Shown here one piece after another: positions 18,201-23,496 of a stretch of 24,106 nt of DNA. The notes beneath the pieces are model-generated. The model did not search any database. It worked only from the letters and a program-made list of their open reading frames with translations, and was not told the DNA's origin. This stretch comes from a virus (taxonomy: Duplodnaviria > Caudoviricetes), in IMG/VR virus record IMGVR_UViG_3300020044_000617, positions 1-24,106 of that record, one strand, 5' to 3'. Position 1 is the first letter of the stretch; every line of letters starts with the position of its first letter. Made by a program: the position numbers and the translations under genes.

Positions 18201-18673
18201 AAGTATCCGACAAAGCAATTAAGATGATTCAGCATCACGAAGGGGTGCGCCAACGCCCCTACCGATGCCCCGCTAAGTTATGGACTATTGGGGTTGGTCA
18301 TGTGATGTACCCCGAACACGGCAAACTAAAGATTGAAGAACGCGCCAACTTGCCTTTGCGCCCTGAAGATGAACGCATATTTTCAATGGATGAAGTAAAT
18401 GCAATTCTTAGAACCGACCTTGATAGATTTGAACGCGGTGTGGAAAAGTTTTGCCCCGTACCACTTACACAAGGTATGTTTGATGGGTTGGTATCTTTTT
18501 CTTTTAATGTGGGCTTGGGAACACTTCAAAGAAGCACGCTACGACAAAAGTTATTACGGGGCGACAAAGAAGGCGCATCGGAAGAACTAATGAAATATTG
18601 CATGGCGGGCGGCAAGGTTCTTAGGGGACTTCAGAACCGCCGCATTGATGAACGCGCTTTGTTTTTAAGTTGA
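18197..18673 (+). CDS. Endolysin, GH24 lysozyme family
   Basis: HEGVRQRPYRCPAKLWTIGVGH catalytic motif (E15-X8-C24-X5-T30), FDGLVSFSFNVG and GLQNRR..E; no SAR/signal segment. Confidence 0.93.
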   Translation: MKVSDKAIKMIQHHEGVRQRPYRCPAKLWTIGVGHVMYPEHGKLKIEERANLPLRPEDERIFSMDEVNAILRTDLDRFERGVEKFCPVPLTQGMFDGLVSFSFNVGLGTLQRSTLRQKLLRGDKEGASEELMKYCMAGGKVLRGLQNRRIDERALFLS

Positions 18674-18973
18674 TTCTTTTACAAAGATGCCATCTTTATT
18701 TAGGTAGCCTTTGCGGTGTTTGATTTCATCGTATGCGCCTTTAAGACATTCGACCAAATCCAAATCAGCACAGGCGCAACCCATGATAAGCGTAACCAAA
18801 ATATCGCCGTAAGCATCTTTCATTGCGGCTACATCTTGTTTGGATATTGCATCAAACAATTCGTCTAATTCTTCTTTTGTTTTTAGGGCTTGCGCATAAG
18901 GCGTACTGTTTTGTACGATGCCGCGGGCTTCACCCCATTGGATAACGGCGATTTCTGAATTTGCGTAACTCAT
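18665..18973 (-). CDS. MazG-like nucleotide pyrophosphohydrolase
   Basis: Q..KTKEELDEL, DAYGDILVTL and AYDEIKHRKG: all-alpha NTP-PPase signature. Confidence 0.85.
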   Translation of the reverse strand: MSYANSEIAVIQWGEARGIVQNSTPYAQALKTKEELDELFDAISKQDVAAMKDAYGDILVTLIMGCACADLDLVECLKGAYDEIKHRKGYLNKDGIFVKEST

Positions 18974-19464
18974 ATTGCTTCTTTGTTAAATTGTGAACTC
19001 ATGGCTTCTTCAAGGTTGAAGTATTCTTTAAAACATTCTTTAAAATAAACTTGTTGTTCGCCAAAGCCAACCAACTGGCGATTGTAAATAAATACTTTCT
19101 TTGGCAAGCGCATTTTGCCGCTGATGTAGTCAACGCCTTTTTGCGTGATGCGCCAATAACCCGACCCTTTAACTTCTTTTCTATCGTTTGGGTGCGCTTC
19201 AATCAATCCCCAATAACGCATATTGGTAAAAGTTTTAGCCCGCATAAATTCGCGTGGTGCATTTTTAGCGGTGTTTACCCAACCATCAACCGCGGCACTT
19301 TTGTAAATCCAAATCAATGCTTGCGCGTTCTTATGCGTGATGGTGAACCCGTTGTACTTACCAAAGCGTTTACAACATGGGCAATTCCCGCCATCGCCTT
19401 GCAAGACTTTTAAATAATCTTTACTAATCTTGGCTAAGTATTCTTTTTCAAATAAATCATCCAT
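18970..19464 (-). CDS. Hypothetical protein with CxxC motif and possible winged-helix region
   Basis: 164 aa; CPCC, YWGLIE...GYWRITQKG; AGGA RBS; ATGA-coupled to the MazG-like gene. Confidence 0.7.
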   Translation of the reverse strand: MDDLFEKEYLAKISKDYLKVLQGDGGNCPCCKRFGKYNGFTITHKNAQALIWIYKSAAVDGWVNTAKNAPREFMRAKTFTNMRYWGLIEAHPNDRKEVKGSGYWRITQKGVDYISGKMRLPKKVFIYNRQLVGFGEQQVYFKECFKEYFNLEEAMSSQFNKEAI

Positions 19465-19483
19465 TTTGTAGTGTCCTATAAGG

Positions 19484-19555
19484 CGGGGGTACTAATCACA
19501 TTTACGCCTCGTCGCATAACCTATTTTGGTTGCCGCAAATGCAACTTTCCCCCCA
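19484..19555 (-). ncRNA. Candidate structured RNA with a bulged-G (loop E / sarcin-ricin-like) internal loop
   Basis: The minus strand folds as GGGGG/CCCCC, a GAA/AGUA loop, a 13-bp stem with four G-U pairs and an apical AACC/GGUU hairpin. Confidence 0.55.
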
Positions 19556-19559
19556 TTAT

Positions 19560-19802
19560 TTAAAACGGTACGTCAAAATCATCAGGCATAGGCGCGGCTT
19601 GGCGTTGCGGTGTGCGCGGCTCAAGCGGCGGTTTAGCACTTAACCAACCATCCCAACTAACGGGGATATGGTCAATCTTTAAACTAATACCTTGTTGCCC
19701 TTTATCCCAAAGCGTACCAATTTTGGAAAAGCGTTTTTTGTTGTTGCCTTGGGCATCGGTGTATTCACCGACAACAGCGATAAGGTCTAATTTAGTTGAC
19801 AT
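19560..19802 (-). CDS. Small single-stranded DNA-binding protein-like
   Basis: 80 aa beta-rich core with acidic C-terminal tail DDFDVPF (SSB-Ct type); follows the exonuclease and recombinase genes. Confidence 0.65.
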   Translation of the reverse strand: MSTKLDLIAVVGEYTDAQGNNKKRFSKIGTLWDKGQQGISLKIDHIPVSWDGWLSAKPPLEPRTPQRQAAPMPDDFDVPF

Positions 19803-20415
19803 GGTTCAATCTTTCGTTCAGTTTAAAAATCTTTGTGTCTAATTCTTCTAAGAATAATGCAACTTCTTTTTCAAGCATTGCAATATATTCTGAATCGTAT
19901 TCAACGCGCTTAACAAACAATTGCAAGCCATCGGGCAATCGAGGGTCAAACGATACAAAATCACACCATCGGCGACCCGTACAAGCCATTTGCCATTGCA
20001 TTTGTGTGATGTACTTTGTAGGTACGGTTTCACTTAGCAATGTATCAATGTGCGTGGCGGTGTTAGGGCATTTGATTTCAATCAATCCTTGTTTGCCTAC
20101 TAGCCCATCAGGTGAAGCCCCTGCGCGACCAAGCCAAGGGTTTGGAACATAACCAACTTGGTCAACCAAAACATCCGCATAAGATTCATACGCGGCACGG
20201 GCTAACGGTTCTGTTTCCGTACCCCATTGCATAGCCGCATTGCTATACGATTCTGCAACCGTATTGGTCATGCGTTCGCAAATCAATTGCGCCATGTAGT
20301 TATCGCGTGATGCTGAATAACCGCTTTTAGTTTTAGCGATTACATCAGCAACGCGGGATGCCGTGACATTGCCCAAGCGGGCGGCAAACCATTCGGGTGT
20401 ACCTTGTTCAATCAT
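19792..20415 (-). CDS. YqaJ / lambda-exonuclease family recombination nuclease
   Basis: Likely start MIEQGTPEWFAARLGNVTAS (20415); WGTETEP, ASPDG, EIKCP, QMQWQM and FVSFDPR motifs. Confidence 0.93.
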   Translation of the reverse strand: MIEQGTPEWFAARLGNVTASRVADVIAKTKSGYSASRDNYMAQLICERMTNTVAESYSNAAMQWGTETEPLARAAYESYADVLVDQVGYVPNPWLGRAGASPDGLVGKQGLIEIKCPNTATHIDTLLSETVPTKYITQMQWQMACTGRRWCDFVSFDPRLPDGLQLFVKRVEYDSEYIAMLEKEVALFLEELDTKIFKLNERLNHVN

Positions 20416-20656
20416 TAGATGCCCCAAATTCATCTTCAATATAACGAACCAATTGTTCATCGGGGTATTGCGAATCGTAAAACTTGGCAATTTCCATTGC
20501 AGATTCCAAATCAATTTTGTTTGCAATGTATTTAAGCAAACCCAAAATGATTGTTGAATTTGTGCCAATTTCTTCATCAAGCCTATCGTACAGTTCTTGC
20601 TTTTCTGCTTTTAATTGTTCAACCAACACATCGTATGCTTCAGTAACGTATTTCAT
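20408..20656 (-). CDS. Hypothetical acidic protein
   Basis: 82 aa; overlaps both neighbours in a translationally coupled way. Confidence 0.7.
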   Translation of the reverse strand: MKYVTEAYDVLVEQLKAEKQELYDRLDEEIGTNSTIILGLLKYIANKIDLESAMEIAKFYDSQYPDEQLVRYIEDEFGASND

Positions 20657-21201
20657 AATTTAGCCTTTACTTTATCTTTTGCGAAAATAACTTTCTTTTG
20701 CCAATCAGCATTACCGTTACAAGCGGCGTATGCGGCTTTGTAGGCGGCTTTCAAATCATCTTGGTTGGTTGATGCGTCAATAGTTGCCAAGTGGTCTATA
20801 AGGGCGCTTTCGTCAACATTCTTTACAGGGATAGTTGCCATTGCGCCATCGTCATCTTCAGGTGCAATTCCACAAGCCGCCATCAACGAACCGCGGCGGG
20901 CGTATGTCAATGCCGACATATAAGCGGGCGGGTCATTCTTAACTACTGGAAACTGTAGAACGCCACAATCAATTGTTTCGCCTGATTCATGGACAAAGAT
21001 AGTTTCAACCATTACGCCGCCTACACATTCACGGGTTTTTTGCACAAGGGCAATGCCGTTATTGTTTAGCGCGTCTATAACCGCTTCAACACACGCGGCA
21101 AGGTCAGCGTACTTGTTTTTGAAATGCGGGTTGTAGGCGTTCTTTAAAGCGGGTGCAAATGCCTTTTGTGCTTGCACCAATGCCGTGGCAATTTGTTTCA
21201 T
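20653..21201 (-). CDS. erf: ERF-family ssDNA annealing protein
   Basis: NPHFKNKYADL, SALTYARR.SL and GIAPEDDDG motifs. Confidence 0.9.
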   Translation of the reverse strand: MKQIATALVQAQKAFAPALKNAYNPHFKNKYADLAACVEAVIDALNNNGIALVQKTRECVGGVMVETIFVHESGETIDCGVLQFPVVKNDPPAYMSALTYARRGSLMAACGIAPEDDDGAMATIPVKNVDESALIDHLATIDASTNQDDLKAAYKAAYAACNGNADWQKKVIFAKDKVKAKL

Positions 21202-21356
21202 TGTTCAATCCTTTTTACTTGTTTAGCAATTAACCAGTTATCCCCAAGTTGGCGAACCGAACGAACCCATTGCCGTTGATAGGAACGGATAACTTCAGGT
21301 GGTGCATCGTAGGCGGCAAAGATGGCGCGAACGCGTTTTAGAAATCGTGTGTTCAT
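21198..21356 (-). CDS. Small hypothetical basic protein
   Basis: Probable start MNTRFLKRVR (52 aa) with a GGAGGGG RBS; ATGA overlap with erf. Confidence 0.65.
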   Translation of the reverse strand: MNTRFLKRVRAIFAAYDAPPEVIRSYQRQWVRSVRQLGDNWLIAKQVKRIEQ

Positions 21357-21358
21357 GC

Positions 21359-21451
21359 TTAACCCCTCCAAGCCAACAGTACGCCCCAACCGCCAAAGAT
21401 GACGATAGCCAAGGCACATTCGATAATTGTGGTGATGATTTTGTGTTTCAT
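21359..21451 (-). CDS. 30-aa membrane peptide (not in ORF track)
   Basis: MKHKIITTIIECALAIVIFGGWGVLLAWRG with an AAGGA RBS; fills the gap between neighbours. Confidence 0.65.
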   Translation of the reverse strand: MKHKIITTIIECALAIVIFGGWGVLLAWRG

Positions 21452-21469
21452 TTTGTTTTGTCCTTTGAT

Positions 21470-21485
21470 GGGGGACTAAGCCCCC
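21470..21485. terminator. GC hairpin after the stop of the 21493-21756 gene (terminator/pause-like)
   Basis: GGGGG-ACTAAG-CCCCC; a T-rich tail follows only on the + strand. Confidence 0.4.
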
Positions 21486-21492
21486 GTTTGGT

Positions 21493-21756
21493 TTAGTTAA
21501 ATGAGAAATGCAAGCGTTCGCATTGTTGTTCGTATGCAACCGCTTCTGCGGCATCGCAATCGGAAACATATTCATCCCATTGCGCTTTTTCTTCTTTGGT
21601 CAAATAAGTTAACCAAACTTGATAACCTTTTTCAACATCATCAAAAGAAAAAGTTTCAAAACATTCACCGTCATCGTTAACGATGCAGAAAACGCCAAAG
21701 TAACTATTGGGTTGGGTTCTTTCAACATAGTTGAAACTAAAAGATGGTGCGTTCAT
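21493..21756 (-). CDS. Hypothetical acidic early protein (cassette 1)
   Basis: 87 aa; AAAGG RBS inside repeat copy 1. Confidence 0.75.
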   Translation of the reverse strand: MNAPSFSFNYVERTQPNSYFGVFCIVNDDGECFETFSFDDVEKGYQVWLTYLTKEEKAQWDEYVSDCDAAEAVAYEQQCERLHFSFN

Positions 21757-21864
21757 TTGATTGCCTTTCTAAAAGACCCTAGAAGTTAGGGCATGGGTGA
21801 ATTATAAGCCAACTAATACCTACATCAATACTTTTTTAAAATATTTTTGTAGGTACTTTCCCTA
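21757..21864 (-). promoter_or_regulatory. Promoter/operator/leader repeat, copy 1
   Basis: TTGATG (21823-28)-16 nt-TATAAT (21801-06), AT-rich UP tract, operator at 21803-21818, leader hairpin and RBS. Confidence 0.85.
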
Positions 21865-21873
21865 GTGTGTGTT

Positions 21874-22134
21874 TTATGCAAATTTCTTGATAAACGCGTT
21901 CAACTTGCGAACCTGACCAACTGCCCATTTGTATTGTTCTTCGCCGTTTTCACCTTTGTAATCTTCATTGTTTAAGTGACCATCTTCATGGAAGCAACTA
22001 AGAACATATTTAGCCTCATGCACGATTTCAGCATTGGTGTAATCGGTAACTTGCTTATTGTCATCGCGTGCAATTTGCTGAAGGGTGTTAGCCAGTTCAT
22101 CGATTGCCATTGCTGATTTGAGAATTGCGGTCAT
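21874..22134 (-). CDS. Hypothetical early protein (cassette 2)
   Basis: Probable start MTAILKSAM (86 aa), directly after the RBS of repeat copy 2. Confidence 0.75.
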   Translation of the reverse strand: MTAILKSAMAIDELANTLQQIARDDNKQVTDYTNAEIVHEAKYVLSCFHEDGHLNNEDYKGENGEEQYKWAVGQVRKLNAFIKKFA

Positions 22135-22245
22135 TTGATTTGCCTTTCTATAAGACCCCAAAAAGTTCGGGGCATGGTGTAATTATAAGCCAACTAATAT
22201 ACAGGTCAACACTTTTTTTAAATTATTTTCTAAGTAGTTTCCCTA
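22135..22245 (-). promoter_or_regulatory. Promoter/operator/leader repeat, copy 2
   Basis: TTGACC (22204-09)-16 nt-TATAAT (22182-87); operator at 22184-22199; same architecture as copy 1. Confidence 0.87.
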
Positions 22246-22263
22246 GGGGGGCTTTCGCCCCCC
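22246..22263. terminator. Strong GC hairpin after the stop of the 22270-22896 gene
   Basis: GGGGGGC-GAAA-GCCCCCC on the minus strand (GNRA loop); the T-rich tail (GTTTTCTT) is on the + strand side. Confidence 0.55.
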
Positions 22264-22269
22264 GTTTTC

Positions 22270-22896
22270 TTAGGCATTTGCCAGTTTGCGCCATGCTTGG
22301 CTACCAATCCAAGTTTTGTAAGTTTTGCCGTTCTTGTCGAACTTGAAGTAAACCCGTGCGCCCTCTACTGATGTGCAAATGCAAACATTGCCTTGGGCAT
22401 CAATCTTTTGGTCGCGGGGCATGATGAATTCAGCGGCGGGTTTCTTTTCAACTTTGACCAATTCTTTGCCGTGGAATTCGTTAGCAATCTTTTCCATCAT
22501 GTTGGCAAAATCAACGCCCATTTCTGCATTTCTGCGGAAAGTGAATTCCATGTGCTTGATTGCATCCGCTTGTTCCCAAGATTGAGCATCAGCAAATGCG
22601 ATAACTTCTTTTTTGAAGCGGGGTGAACGAACAATTGTTGCGGGCTTCAAATCACCTGAAGCAACGCTATTTGCCTTGGCAATCAATTCTGCAACTTCTT
22701 GGCGAACTGAAGCAATGATTGCATCTGTTTCTGTACGGCTAACTTGGATTGGTGCAAACTTTTTACCTGCGCACACGCCTTGAAACCAACCACATTCAAC
22801 GGTGTAACCGTGCTTTGCCATTTTGCCGTTAACGATGGCTTGTTCGCGACCACAGCATTGGCAGATACCGCGTGTTTGAATTTGAACTGTTTGCAT
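22270..22896 (-). CDS. Hypothetical early protein with putative Zn-binding N-terminus (cassette 3)
   Basis: 208 aa; CQCC...KHGY...GVCAG; AAAGGA RBS in repeat copy 3. Confidence 0.8.
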   Translation of the reverse strand: MQTVQIQTRGICQCCGREQAIVNGKMAKHGYTVECGWFQGVCAGKKFAPIQVSRTETDAIIASVRQEVAELIAKANSVASGDLKPATIVRSPRFKKEVIAFADAQSWEQADAIKHMEFTFRRNAEMGVDFANMMEKIANEFHGKELVKVEKKPAAEFIMPRDQKIDAQGNVCICTSVEGARVYFKFDKNGKTYKTWIGSQAWRKLANA

Positions 22897-23006
22897 TTTG
22901 TTTCCTTTTTAAAAGACCCCGTTTGTTTAGGGCATGGGTGAATTATAAGCTAGCTAATACCCATGTCAACAACTTTTTAAAAATATTTTCTAGGTAGTTT
23001 CCCCTA
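22897..23006 (-). promoter_or_regulatory. Promoter/operator/leader repeat, copy 3 (PL-like)
   Basis: Consensus TTGACA (22964-69)-16 nt-TATAAT (22942-47); operator at 22944-22959. Confidence 0.9.
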
Positions 23007-23034
23007 TGCAACAATCTATAAGTTGGCTTATAAT
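23006..23034 (+). promoter_or_regulatory. Rightward promoter (PR-like) with perfect palindromic operator
   Basis: TATAAT at 23029-34, weak -35 ATGCAA at 23006-11; TATAAG-TTGG-CTTATA at 23017-23032. Confidence 0.75.
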
Positions 23035-23039
23035 AAGGT

Positions 23040-23192
23040 ATGACTAAACAAGAATTGTTAACCAAGGTACGCAATCAGACCGAATTAGCGGAATTGCTAG
23101 GCGTATCGCAATCGGCAATTAGCCAATGGAAAGACATTCCTACGGCTAGGCTTTGGCAATTGAAGTTACTTAAACCTGATTGGTTCAAATGA
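23040..23192 (+). CDS. cro: Cro-like helix-turn-helix regulator (not in ORF track)
   Basis: 50 aa MTKQELLTKVRNQTELAELLGVSQSAISQWKDIPTARLWQLKLLKPDWFK with a classic QxxLAxxLGVSQSAISQW HTH. Confidence 0.88.
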   Translation: MTKQELLTKVRNQTELAELLGVSQSAISQWKDIPTARLWQLKLLKPDWFK

Positions 23193-23386
23193 AAAAGATA
23201 ACAAACTACTTGCAGTACAAATCATTCATGTTGCAACACATGGCGTTTGCTACTGAAAACGAATCGCTGAAAGATTCGCTATACCATTTGGTTTTTTATC
23301 ATTGGTATAAAGACAAAGCGCAACATGAGTATTGGCAAATGACACATGAAGAACACAAAGTTTTACATGAACTGCTGATTCTTTGA
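23189..23386 (+). CDS. Hypothetical protein
   Basis: ATG overlaps the cro stop (ATGA); 65 aa, His/aromatic-rich. Confidence 0.6.
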   Translation: MKKITNYLQYKSFMLQHMAFATENESLKDSLYHLVFYHWYKDKAQHEYWQMTHEEHKVLHELLIL

Positions 23387-23392
23387 TACAAT
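23384..23392 (+). promoter_or_regulatory. Extended -10 promoter candidate
   Basis: TG-A-TACAAT; predicted start near 23398 coincides with the 5' end of the downstream RNA structure. Confidence 0.5.
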
Positions 23393-23397
23393 TTTTT

Positions 23398-23464
23398 GAA
23401 ACACGGCTAGGTTGGACTAATTACCCAACCGAAAAGGGTTCACCCTTTCCCCTGCCGCCGTTTC
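23398..23464 (+). ncRNA. C4-like three-way-junction RNA upstream of the replication gene
   Basis: CGGC-UA-[GGUUGG/CCAACC]-GAAA-[AGGG/CCCU]-GCCG, closed by GAAAC/GUUUC. Its loop is complementary to downstream RBS-region sequences. Confidence 0.6.
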
Positions 23465-23496
23465 TTTCCAAAGGGCGTTTTTAAAGCGGTGAAATT

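Noticed and set aside
19484-19555. tRNA or intrinsic terminator
   Set aside because: No cloverleaf, T-loop or CCA, and no U-tract after the stem; kept as an unknown structured RNA instead.
20416-20580. N-terminal extension of the exonuclease ORF given in the track
   Set aside because: It overlaps the 20408-20656 gene; family similarity starts at MIEQGTPEW (20415).
21357-21575. Long version (125 aa) of the 21198 ORF
   Set aside because: It overlaps a hairpin, a better 30-aa ORF with its own RBS and the 21493 gene; the start at 21356 has a strong RBS.
21757-23006. Repeats as a CRISPR array or integron attC sites
   Set aside because: The units are ~110-bp promoters separated by whole genes, with no cas or integron integrase and no attC-type inverted core structure.
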